A stretch of 17,518 nt of DNA from Elusimicrobiota bacterium (GCA_051745145.1 JBNJDT010000030.1:1-17518); one strand, 5' to 3'; shown: positions 1 through 8,285, counted from the stretch's first letter. The notes: generated by a model from the sequence alone, not told the origin. A program made the numbers and translations.

Positions 1-185
1 TTAAATTCCGGCCAGTTTTCATCATCTATTTTCCGGGTTACTATATCCACCCGGTGCCCCATATCGGCCATCTCCAGGGCCAGCTCTTTTACATAGACCA
101 GCTGCCCTCCGAAATCGGGGTGGGAGGCCCAGTGGCTGTCCCGGGCGTCAAAGTTACCCTGGGGATTTAAAAAAGTAATAAACAT
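1..185 (-). CDS. Sucrose-phosphate synthase-like GT4 glycosyltransferase, N-terminal part (continues beyond window start)
   Basis: Not in the ORF track. Manual translation from the ATG at 185 gives MFITFLNPQGNFDARDSHWASHPDFGGQLVYVKELALEMADMGHRVDIVTRKIDDENWPEF. This carries the FLNPQGNFD...HPDFGGQLVYVKE...VDIxTR signature of Halothermothrix-type bacterial SPS. It starts 7 nt after the GH65 stop. Confidence 0.88.
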   Translation of the reverse strand, partial: MFITFLNPQGNFDARDSHWASHPDFGGQLVYVKELALEMADMGHRVDIVTRKIDDENWPEF

Positions 186-192
186 TGGTTTA

Positions 193-2892
193 TCAGTAAT
201 ACCCGCCCAGAAAATCGGCGATAATATCTTTACGGGTTATTACTCCTTTAACTTTATTATCCTTAATGACCGGGAGCCTGCGGAAAGGATGGCGGGTGAA
301 TACCTCGGTTATTTTTTCAATAGGAGCGTTGTAGGATATGGATACCACTTTCTTTTCCATTATATCCGAAGCGGTAAGTTGATCGAAATCCCCCCGGGTG
401 GTCGCCTCTATTATCAGGGTTTCGGATACTATTCCCTTGAGGTTGTTATCCACATCCACCACCGGTATGCTGGAGGCCTCGTTTTCAAGGATAAGTTTTC
501 CAATCTCCTTTACCGGGGTATTTACTCCGGCGGTGACAAAGTTTTCTTCTTTCATAATATCTTTTGCGTATATCATTTTTTTGGTCTCCTCCTTGAAGGT
601 TATTGTCTTAGATTTATCCGGCTTAAGGACAATCTCTTTCCCGTTTATTTTTATTTTCCGGTACTCTGTTTTTTTATATTTCGGAGTAAATTTTAGGGTA
701 ACTCTTTTATTGGAAATTTTTACTTTAAACCGGTCCCCTTTATAGTAAAATTTGAACTGGATATTTTTTATATCTCCGGGTAGTTTGGGATTTATACTTA
801 ATCCGGATTCTGTTATTCTCAGTCCCCCAAAACCGGTAATCAGCGCCTGCCACACCCCGCCCAGGCTGGCGGCGTGTATACCCTCGTCGGTGTTGCCGGC
901 GATATTGTCCAGGTCAATTCTGGAAGCGGCCCGGAAAAATATGTGGCTTCTGAGATTATCCTTAAATTCAGAGGCCAAAATAGAGTGGAAACAGTAAGAG
1001 AGCGAGGATTTGTGAATGGTCCGGTAGATGTAGAAGTCGTAGTTTTCTTTCTTTTCTTTTAGGGCGAAATCTTCGGGGAAAAGATGGAAAAGGGCCAGTA
1101 CGTCGGGCTGTTTGATAAGCCGGGTCTTTTCCAAACCTATGTGTTCGTAGTATTTGGGTATCTCGGGCAGAAAATTTATATCGTAGTTGCAGGCTTTATA
1201 GTCTTTCTTATTCATATATCCGTCAAACTGGTTGATAATACCGTAAGTCGGGGAACGGGAAAGGGACATATTCTGACCGATATCCTCCCATTTTTTTATG
1301 GTATTTTTGTCTATCTCCAGTTTATCGGATAATTTTTGGATAGTCTTTTTATCTTTCAATTCCTTGTAGAGTCCGGCGGCGTACCTGAGATTCCATCCGG
1401 CCAGGTAGTTGGTGTAGGCGTTATCTCTCACGTTAACGTGAAACTCGTCGGGTCCGGTAACGTTATCTACATGATAAAGATCGTCTTTTTTATCGTATTC
1501 CACTCTGCTGGCCCAGAATTTCGCGGTCTCAAAAACTATTTCGGCTCCGTAGTTGTACATAAATCGCCTGTCCCCGGTTACCTGGTAGTACCGGTGAATT
1601 GAGTAAGCCACGTCGGCGGTTATGTGGTGTTCGTAGTCCTGGGTGGTAACTTCGCCGATACTCCCGTCTATATGCTTGGCGTACCGGGGGGTCTGTTCGT
1701 ATCCTGAAACCGTAGATTCCCAGGGATACATTGCCCCCTCAAATCCCCGGTCCCGGGCCCGTTCTCTGGCCTGGGGCAGGGTATTATGCCGGAAAAGAAG
1801 CAGTTTTTTAGCTGTATCCGGACAGGTAAAGATAAAGAAGGGCAGAATATATATTTCCGTATCCCAGAATATATGGCCTTTGTATCCCTGTCCGCTTAAG
1901 GTCCGGGCCCCGATACTTGAGGTTGCATGTTCTGTGCGGGTGGAAATTAATAGATGATATATATTGAACCGGATGGCTCTCTGGGTATTTATATCTCCGG
2001 TTATTTTTATATCCGTATCCTCCCATTTTCGCCCAAAACTTTTGGCGTGCTCTTTAAAGATGGCGTCAAATCCAGCCTGCCGGGCTTTTTTTAAATCCTG
2101 TCTGGACTTTTTAGCTATTTTAGAAGGCCGGCAGTCGTTGGAAGTGTATATGGTAAAAATTTTGGTAAAAGTTATTGTCTGGTCTTGATCTAAACTGAAA
2201 TCGTATATCCGGCCGTTGTGAGATTTTTGGCTGCCGTTAAGTTCTACGGATTTTGCGGTACAGTATCCTATCCTGTGCTTGTGGGTGTTGGTCTGAAATT
2301 CGATGTAATTACAGGTCTCATTGGCATTTACCTTGCGGGTATTATAGTGGCGCCTGCGGGGTATCATGTATCCGCCGGAATTATAGACTGTATCGTCGAT
2401 CCGGTCTATCCCGGTGAGGTTGGCCTGTCCGTTTAAAAGTTTTAGGGATACCTTCATACCCCCTAAGTGGGGCCGGTCCATGGAGAAAAACCGCAGGGAC
2501 TGGTAGAGAAATCTTCTGCCCTTGGCGTCCTTAAATTTAGTCTTTCTTACCAGGATGCCTTTTTTCATATCCAGGACCCGGCGGTGGGAGAGCACTTCCA
2601 TGGTGGAGATATCCATTTTTTCCCCTTCGACGGAAAAAATAAGGTTAATGGGGTTGGGCAGATTTATTAATTCCTCCACCTGGGCACCTGATTTATCGTA
2701 CAGTCCCTGGATAAAAGTTCCGGGACTGCATCCGGGGGGATTTTCCTCGAATATTCCCCGGGAACCTATAAAACCGTTGCCCAGGGTAAACTTTGATTCG
2801 TTATTATTCTGGTTTTCTTTAGAGAAAACTTTCTCTGTAATATGGAAAGCTGAATCAGAAGACAAATATTTATCAAGATAATCTTTATTCAT
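193..2892 (-). CDS. GH65 disaccharide phosphorylase (kojibiose/trehalose phosphorylase-like) with C-terminal CBS-domain pair
   Basis: GH65 motifs: ESKFTLGNGFIGSRG, IGARTLSGQGYKGHIFWDTE, GAMYPWES, EHHITADVAY, catalytic GPDEFH, KQPD, HKSSLS, GIHAASLGG. The last 127 aa are two CBS repeats (SSIPVVD...LKGIVSETLI; RRLPVIKDNKVKGVITRKDII). Confidence 0.93.
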   Translation of the reverse strand: MNKDYLDKYLSSDSAFHITEKVFSKENQNNNESKFTLGNGFIGSRGIFEENPPGCSPGTFIQGLYDKSGAQVEELINLPNPINLIFSVEGEKMDISTMEVLSHRRVLDMKKGILVRKTKFKDAKGRRFLYQSLRFFSMDRPHLGGMKVSLKLLNGQANLTGIDRIDDTVYNSGGYMIPRRRHYNTRKVNANETCNYIEFQTNTHKHRIGYCTAKSVELNGSQKSHNGRIYDFSLDQDQTITFTKIFTIYTSNDCRPSKIAKKSRQDLKKARQAGFDAIFKEHAKSFGRKWEDTDIKITGDINTQRAIRFNIYHLLISTRTEHATSSIGARTLSGQGYKGHIFWDTEIYILPFFIFTCPDTAKKLLLFRHNTLPQARERARDRGFEGAMYPWESTVSGYEQTPRYAKHIDGSIGEVTTQDYEHHITADVAYSIHRYYQVTGDRRFMYNYGAEIVFETAKFWASRVEYDKKDDLYHVDNVTGPDEFHVNVRDNAYTNYLAGWNLRYAAGLYKELKDKKTIQKLSDKLEIDKNTIKKWEDIGQNMSLSRSPTYGIINQFDGYMNKKDYKACNYDINFLPEIPKYYEHIGLEKTRLIKQPDVLALFHLFPEDFALKEKKENYDFYIYRTIHKSSLSYCFHSILASEFKDNLRSHIFFRAASRIDLDNIAGNTDEGIHAASLGGVWQALITGFGGLRITESGLSINPKLPGDIKNIQFKFYYKGDRFKVKISNKRVTLKFTPKYKKTEYRKIKINGKEIVLKPDKSKTITFKEETKKMIYAKDIMKEENFVTAGVNTPVKEIGKLILENEASSIPVVDVDNNLKGIVSETLIIEATTRGDFDQLTASDIMEKKVVSISYNAPIEKITEVFTRHPFRRLPVIKDNKVKGVITRKDIIADFLGGYY

Positions 2893-2923
2893 AATTTTGG
2901 TATATAAGTAAATTCACAGTAAA

Positions 2924-2952
2924 ATTAAAACACAAATTATAAGGTTTGTCAA
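2924..2952 (-). promoter_or_regulatory. Putative sigma70 promoter for the GH65-CBS-SPS operon
   Basis: Minus strand TTGACA (2952-2947), 17-nt spacer, TTTAAT (2929-2924). Confidence 0.6.
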
Positions 2953-2967
2953 TAGGGGTTTTTAGAG

Positions 2968-2995
2968 TTGACAGGAAAGAACAATAGTATATAAT
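2968..2995 (+). promoter_or_regulatory. Putative sigma70 promoter for pgmB
   Basis: TTGACA (2968-2973), 16-nt spacer, TATAAT (2990-2995). SD AAGGAGG at 3021-3027. Confidence 0.7.
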
Positions 2996-3035
2996 ATCAG
3001 AAAAACCGGAAAAAAATTTAAAGGAGGCTAATTAT

Positions 3036-3683
3036 ATGGCCCAGGCAGTAATATTTGACTTGGACGGGATAGTAGTAGATACTGTTCCAATCCATTTTAA
3101 AGCGTGGAAAAAAATGTTCGGTGAGTACGGTATAAATTTCACCTTTGACGATTATAAAGCAAAAGTTGACGGCATACCCAGATTAGACGGTGCCAAAGCC
3201 GTATTAAAAGATTTAAACGACGAGGAAATCATTGAGGCGGCCGGTAAAAAGCAGGATTATTTCAGAGAAATTTTAGACAGCGATGAGATACCGGTCTATG
3301 AATCTACCGTAAATCTGATAAAACAGTTAAAAGAAAACGGAATTCCCCGGGCAGTAATATCTTCGAGTAAAAACTGCACCTATATTCTTAAAAAATTAGG
3401 AATATTTGAACTTATGGACACTGTGGTGGACGGTAACCGGGGTCTGGAAGGTAAACCTTCCCCGGAGATATTTTTAACAGCGGCCGGGGAACTTAAAATT
3501 TCGCCCCAAAAATGTCTTGTTTTTGAAGATGCGGTTCTGGGGGTTGAAGCGGCGAAAAACGCCGGTATGTACTGTGTGGGGGTGGATCGCTACGGCAAAC
3601 CCGAAAGATTAAAAGAAGCGGATACAGTTATCGAAGATATATCACAGATAACTCTGGAAAAGGTTAAAAAATTTAAAAATTAA
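3036..3683 (+). CDS. pgmB: Beta-phosphoglucomutase (HAD superfamily)
   Basis: HAD motif I FDLDGIVVDT, HFKAW, GIPRLDG cap motif, SSSKN, GKPSPEIF, FEDAVLG. Strong SD. Adjacent to a beta-G1P-using GH65 phosphorylase. Confidence 0.9.
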   Translation: MAQAVIFDLDGIVVDTVPIHFKAWKKMFGEYGINFTFDDYKAKVDGIPRLDGAKAVLKDLNDEEIIEAAGKKQDYFREILDSDEIPVYESTVNLIKQLKENGIPRAVISSSKNCTYILKKLGIFELMDTVVDGNRGLEGKPSPEIFLTAAGELKISPQKCLVFEDAVLGVEAAKNAGMYCVGVDRYGKPERLKEADTVIEDISQITLEKVKKFKN

Positions 3684-3735
3684 TTGGTTTGTAAATAATT
3701 TACTGTTTATTTTCTTTTTAGTTTTTAAATAAAGA

Positions 3736-3764
3736 TTGACAGAAATAAAGAATTTAGATATTAT
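3736..3764 (+). promoter_or_regulatory. Putative sigma70 promoter
   Basis: TTGACA (3736-3741), 17 nt, TATTAT (3759-3764), upstream of the first TPR gene. Confidence 0.65.
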
Positions 3765-3790
3765 AAAAAACAGCAAAGCAGTATATAAGA

Positions 3791-5095
3791 ATGAATAAAA
3801 AAACCGAAAAATTTCAGGGGAAAATAAGAAGAATTTTTAAATGCCTGTTAATATCTTTGTTTTTTTTGATTTATCCGGCAGAGGGCAAAGCTCTGGATAA
3901 AGTGGAAGACCGTTATAGCGAGGGGGAAAGGTTGATGAGGGCCGGCAATTATGATGCAGCGCGGTCAGCTTTTCGGGAAGTACTCAACCAATCCGGAGAA
4001 AATTCAAAATTGCGGGCATCAAGCTGGAATAATTTAGGAGCGATGGCTCTTACTGAGGGGAAAATAGATGAAGCCGAGCGGGCTTTGAGAAATGCCCTGA
4101 AGATTAATCCGGAAAAAGTTAATGCGCTTAACAATCTGGCAGGTTTGCGGCTGCGCCAGGGACTATATAAGGATGCCGTAAATATTTACCGATCAGCCAT
4201 AAAAATTGACCCCCGTTATATTGAAGCTACTAATAATCTCGCCAATTTATTAATTGAGATCCAGCAGTACAGTAGAGCCGGAGATCTTCTTGCCTCGGCC
4301 ATAGATATGGATATCGCTAATGAGCGTTCCCTTAAACTTTTAGCCCGCATGTATGCCGAAAATAATGTAGATAAAGATGCTGAAAAAGTCCGTAAAGAGT
4401 GGCTGCGTAAAGTTGGTACTGACCCTGCAAGGAGGGCAGATGTGGGATTTCAGTATCTGGCTTTTGACCAGCCAAAGCAGGCCCGCGAAGTATTACAAAC
4501 CATACGTAAGGATAATCCCGGTTGGAACGGTTTAGAAGTTCTTGAAGGCCGCATCCATGCCGCTGAAGGTAACTGGGGTAAAGCAAAGAAAAAGTTGAAA
4601 ACGGGTCTTGAAAAAAATCCGTCAGATTCCACGGTGCGAAATGATCTTGTAACGGTTCTTCTCAGGGGTAAAGATATAGAAGAAGCTCTCAAGGTAGCCG
4701 AAGAGGGAACTCAAAAGGCACCGGATCAAGCAGTTTCCTGGTTTTTGAAGGGGTTGGTGTATGAAGAGAAGGGGGAAAGTAAAACAGCTGAATCTTCCTA
4801 TGAAAAAACACTGGAGATAAATCCCGGGCATACAGATGCGCTGGTAAATTTAGCTGTTATAAAAGCCGGACAGGAAGAAATCGATAGAGCCATTGAATTA
4901 TTGGAGAAAGCTTTAAGTGATGATCCCCATAATCAAGAAGTTCTCTATAATCTGGGCCGGGTGCTGGTAGTTAGCAGGAGAGAGTATAAACGGGGGATCC
5001 GGCTCCTTCAATATGCGTCCCGGGGTAAAGGGGAGTCTGCACAGAGAGCCGTAGAATTCATAAACCGGCTGTATGAAGGAATTAAAAATCAGTGA
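3791..5095 (+). CDS. Exported tetratricopeptide-repeat protein (paralog A)
   Basis: Basic N-terminus plus hydrophobic stretch ending AEGKA (signal peptide). Multiple TPR units (WNNLGAM...A..A.KINP, NALNNLAG, ATNNLAN, ALVNLAV, VLYNLGR). Confidence 0.9.
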   Translation: MNKKTEKFQGKIRRIFKCLLISLFFLIYPAEGKALDKVEDRYSEGERLMRAGNYDAARSAFREVLNQSGENSKLRASSWNNLGAMALTEGKIDEAERALRNALKINPEKVNALNNLAGLRLRQGLYKDAVNIYRSAIKIDPRYIEATNNLANLLIEIQQYSRAGDLLASAIDMDIANERSLKLLARMYAENNVDKDAEKVRKEWLRKVGTDPARRADVGFQYLAFDQPKQAREVLQTIRKDNPGWNGLEVLEGRIHAAEGNWGKAKKKLKTGLEKNPSDSTVRNDLVTVLLRGKDIEEALKVAEEGTQKAPDQAVSWFLKGLVYEEKGESKTAESSYEKTLEINPGHTDALVNLAVIKAGQEEIDRAIELLEKALSDDPHNQEVLYNLGRVLVVSRREYKRGIRLLQYASRGKGESAQRAVEFINRLYEGIKNQ

Positions 5096-5101
5096 AGTTC
5101 G

Positions 5102-5132
5102 AAAAAAGTACTATAAAAAAAAAGTACTATAA
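5102..5132 (+). repeat. Tandem 15-bp direct repeat AAAAAAGTACTATAA (period 16)
   Basis: Exact copies at 5102-5116 and 5118-5132, each containing the palindrome AGTACT. Confidence 0.8.
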
Positions 5133-5137
5133 GCTAA

Positions 5138-5166
5138 TTGACGACGATTATGTATTGTATTAATAT
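5138..5166 (+). promoter_or_regulatory. Putative sigma70 promoter
   Basis: TTGACG (5138-5143), 17 nt, TAATAT (5161-5166). Strong SD AAGGAGGTG precedes the ATG at 5226. Confidence 0.55.
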
Positions 5167-5225
5167 TATTATAGGAGAGTTCTAAATAAAGTTGGGGAGT
5201 AAAAAATCCTAAAGGAGGTGGTGGA

Positions 5226-6311
5226 ATGATGTTTTCAAAAAAATCATTCTCAAGAAGATGGGCGAAACGGGCCGTAGTTGTATTCTCGTTGGCTTTACTG
5301 TGTGCCGGGCGAGTAGGGGCCGTAGAATACGGTGACTCGGCCGAGTATGAAGCTAGCCGGGAACAGACCAGTGAAGATGGCTCCGGTAAAGCAAGTATAG
5401 GTACGAGCCATGAAGCAAACCTGGAGGCTAAGGCAGAAGGTACTGAGGCCAGTTTTGATGCCAGTCTCGCCGGTGATGTAAATGCTTCAGCAGAAAAAAG
5501 ATGGGGGAATGAAGATTTTGGAGCAGGAGGAGGCGTAGATGCAAAAGCTGAATACTTGCTCGGTGCCGAAGGTAAAGCCGGCGCCTGGATGGATAAAGAA
5601 GGTATCCACTTTGGTGCTGAAGGAGAAGCCGGAGCTTTAGTTTCAGCGGAAGCGGAACTTTCGTTTGAAGCAACAGTTTTTGGCGTAACGACAGAAGTGA
5701 CCGGTCATGTAGCCGGATCTGCCGGTGCATCCGCTAATGCAGAAGCTACGGCAACTATTAAGTATGACGGTACTGTTGAAGTTAATGTCGGAGCGGGAGC
5801 GTCCGTCGGACTTGGTGCTACGGCAGGCATGTCTTTTAGCGTAGATGCCGAAGAGCTGATGGCAGCTTTAGATTTGGATGACATGGATGAACTAGTTGCT
5901 TATCTTGAGGATTTTGTCGAAGATCCGGGTAAAGTTGCAAATAAACTGGGCCGCGATGCTGCAGGCGAGTTAGGCGATAGAGCATTGCAGGCAGCTAAAA
6001 ATGGTGTCAATAATGTTAAAGACGGTGCAGTTTATGCGGCCGCTAAAACTAGAGACGCAGTTGCAGATGCCGGGAACAGTATATGGAATGGTATAAAAAA
6101 TACTTTCTCCGGTGGTTCATCAGATTCAGATAAAACTGATGATTCGTCTGACAGACCCGAATTACTTACTGCCGGGCAGATGAATTCCGACTTCAGTAGA
6201 GCAAGTGCCAGTTATGGAGCCGGTACTGCGAATAGCGGCGGCGGCGAAGGTGGTGCAGATATGGGGTTAATAGAAGCTATAAACGAAGCCAGAGAGTCTG
6301 CAACCCGCTAA
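5226..6311 (+). CDS. Secreted Gly/Ala-rich beta-hairpin protein of unknown function
   Basis: Strong SD and signal peptide ending GRVGA. About 150 aa of alternating small/hydrophobic residues (GAEGKAGA, GAEGEAGA, GAGASVGLGATAGMSFSVD), then amphipathic helices and a Ser/Gly/Asp-rich tail. Confidence 0.85.
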   Translation: MMFSKKSFSRRWAKRAVVVFSLALLCAGRVGAVEYGDSAEYEASREQTSEDGSGKASIGTSHEANLEAKAEGTEASFDASLAGDVNASAEKRWGNEDFGAGGGVDAKAEYLLGAEGKAGAWMDKEGIHFGAEGEAGALVSAEAELSFEATVFGVTTEVTGHVAGSAGASANAEATATIKYDGTVEVNVGAGASVGLGATAGMSFSVDAEELMAALDLDDMDELVAYLEDFVEDPGKVANKLGRDAAGELGDRALQAAKNGVNNVKDGAVYAAAKTRDAVADAGNSIWNGIKNTFSGGSSDSDKTDDSSDRPELLTAGQMNSDFSRASASYGAGTANSGGGEGGADMGLIEAINEARESATR

Positions 6312-6360
6312 TTTTAGGTACTGTAACAGTAATTAAAATTAAATAGAGTAAATTGTAAAT

Positions 6361-6433
6361 AACTGCTGTGTTGTCAAAAAGTAATAAGAACTTCCTTTAG
6401 GATAAGTATATATAATTTGACAGCACGGCAGTT
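6361..6433 (+). repeat. 18-bp imperfect inverted repeat / RNA hairpin with 37-nt loop
   Basis: AACTGCTGTGTTGTCAAA (6361-6378) pairs with TTTGACAGCACGGCAGTT (6416-6433). Both mismatches are G-U wobbles on the + strand. Confidence 0.8.
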
Positions 6434-6465
6434 TGCGGTAATATAAGGAGAATAAATAGTTTATA

Positions 6466-7767
6466 ATGATAAAAACAAAATTTGTTGCGGTGTTGGTATT
6501 AGGTATTTTAACGGTGTCGGGGTGTAATCAGAAAATGAGTTTAGAAGGATTTAAACGAGAATATAATATTACCGTAGAAATAATGGAAACCGGAGATTAT
6601 GAGTCAGCACAAAAAGCTTTCAGGGAACTGCTCAAAGAGGAAGTAGATACTCAAAATCCGGAAAAATTAAAGGAATTACAGAGTTCAATCTGGAATAATC
6701 TTGGGGCAATGGCTCTGGAACAGGGGGATTTGGATGAAGCCCAGCGATCTTTTGAAAAGGCAATTGAATTGAACCCGGAACATACATCGGCTTATAATAA
6801 TATAGCTGGTCTGCGCTTACGCCAGGGCAGATATGAAGAAGCCATAAAAGCATACGATAAAGTTCTTAAGCTTAATCCCCGGTATATAGAAACAATTAAT
6901 AATCTGGCTAATCTGTTAATAGATACCCGTCAGTACAGCAGGGCGGGGGATCTTTTAGCTTCTGCGATAGAAATGAAAATTACAAATGAGCGGTCATTGC
7001 AGTTATTGGCCCGTATGTATGCAGAAAATGATGTAAGAGAAGATGCTCAAAAAGTGCGTTCCGAATGGTTGCGCAAGGCCGGCTCAGACCCCGAAGATAG
7101 GGCGCGGGTGGGTTTTCAATACCTGGCATTTGACCAGCCCGACCACGCCCGGGCAGTACTGGAGACTATCCGTGAAGACAATCCCAATTGGAAAGGGTTA
7201 GATCTATTGGAAGGTAGAATTTTAGCTGCTGAAGGGAATTGGCAGCAGGCAACTGAAAAACTTACCGCAGCACTTAACAGGGACCCGGAAAATTTAACTG
7301 TAAGAAACGATCTTGTAACTGTACTTCTTCGATCCGGAAAAACGGATGATGCTGTTGAAATAGTAGAGGAAGGTACCCGCAAAGCTTCCGGTCAGGCGGC
7401 AGCATGGTATCTGAAAGGATTGGTATACGAAGAAAAAGGAGATATTCAAACCGCGAAATCCGCTTACGAACGCGCTCTTGAAATTACCCCCAAACATACC
7501 CAAGCCCTTATAAATTTAGCTGTAATTGTAGCTAATGAAGATGATGATCCGGAAAAGGCGGTAGAATTGCTTGAAAAAGCTTTAAATACTGACCCCTATA
7601 ATTCAAAAATACATTATAATCTGGGCCGGATATTAGCGGTAAGTAAGATTGATTATAAACGCGGAATACGTTTGCTCCGGCATGCCGCTAAAGGCCAGGG
7701 TGAAGTCGCTAAAAAAGCAAGTGATTTTATAAATCGTCTTTTTGAAGGAGTTACAGGAGAAAAATAA
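6466..7767 (+). CDS. Tetratricopeptide-repeat lipoprotein (paralog B)
   Basis: Lipobox VSGC after a hydrophobic stretch, TPR units, and colinearity with 3791..5095 (shared QYSRAGDLLASAI, VGFQYLAFDQP, VRNDLVTVLLR, YKRGIRLL). SD AAGGAG upstream. Confidence 0.9.
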   Translation: MIKTKFVAVLVLGILTVSGCNQKMSLEGFKREYNITVEIMETGDYESAQKAFRELLKEEVDTQNPEKLKELQSSIWNNLGAMALEQGDLDEAQRSFEKAIELNPEHTSAYNNIAGLRLRQGRYEEAIKAYDKVLKLNPRYIETINNLANLLIDTRQYSRAGDLLASAIEMKITNERSLQLLARMYAENDVREDAQKVRSEWLRKAGSDPEDRARVGFQYLAFDQPDHARAVLETIREDNPNWKGLDLLEGRILAAEGNWQQATEKLTAALNRDPENLTVRNDLVTVLLRSGKTDDAVEIVEEGTRKASGQAAAWYLKGLVYEEKGDIQTAKSAYERALEITPKHTQALINLAVIVANEDDDPEKAVELLEKALNTDPYNSKIHYNLGRILAVSKIDYKRGIRLLRHAAKGQGEVAKKASDFINRLFEGVTGEK

Positions 7768-7824
7768 GATTAACTTGATTTTTCTGAAGAGATATGAAAA
7801 TAAGAGGAAAACTGCAAAAAAAAT

Positions 7825-8190
7825 ATGAATACGAATTTCAAATATTTTGTTATATTTATTTTACTTTTTGTTATGGCTGGAACCGGGTGCGATAATAAGG
7901 AAAGTCAACTTTCTGAAGAAGAGTATATCGAACTAATTGCCAACTGGAATGTCCTGCACAGGTTAACCTGGGATCTTCACTCTGAATTAATAAAAGAAGA
8001 TAAACCCAAACTGGCCCGGCGCATCAAAGCAGAAGGTGCGAAAGATGCCATGGCTATAAGAGAAAGTCTCGGCATAACTCCGGAAGAACTAAATAAATTC
8101 GAAGAAGAGAATCCTAATTTTTTAGAGGATTCTGAAAATAAACAAAAAATTTATAAGCGCATAGAAGAAATTATAGAAGAAAAAGAATAA
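7825..8190 (+). CDS. Small helical acidic lipoprotein, unknown function
   Basis: Signal peptide with lipobox GTGC. Glu/Lys-rich helical mature part. Confidence 0.8.
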   Translation: MNTNFKYFVIFILLFVMAGTGCDNKESQLSEEEYIELIANWNVLHRLTWDLHSELIKEDKPKLARRIKAEGAKDAMAIRESLGITPEELNKFEEENPNFLEDSENKQKIYKRIEEIIEEKE

Positions 8191-8285
8191 ATACCTTTCT
8201 TAAGTTTATTTTAAATATAATTACCCGGTAGAGGGTTAGTTAAAGTAATATATAATTTATATAATTTTTCTGCGATTCTTACCTA

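Noticed and set aside
289..2881. Many short + strand ORFs (60-135 aa) in the ORF track
   Set aside because: They are antisense shadows of the GH65 gene, with no SD or recognisable motifs.
5250..5270. SRRWAK as a possible Tat motif in the 361-aa protein
   Set aside because: It lacks the F-L of the S-R-R-x-F-L-K consensus and is compatible with an ordinary basic Sec n-region.
6395..6422. CTTTAGGATAA resembling a XerC half-site in the hairpin loop
   Set aside because: There is no TTAT-starting partner arm after a 6-bp spacer.
8191..8285. Possible bidirectional terminator between the convergent lipoprotein genes
   Set aside because: Only a weak ACCC/GGGT stem and AT-only palindromes are present, which is expected by chance at this composition.
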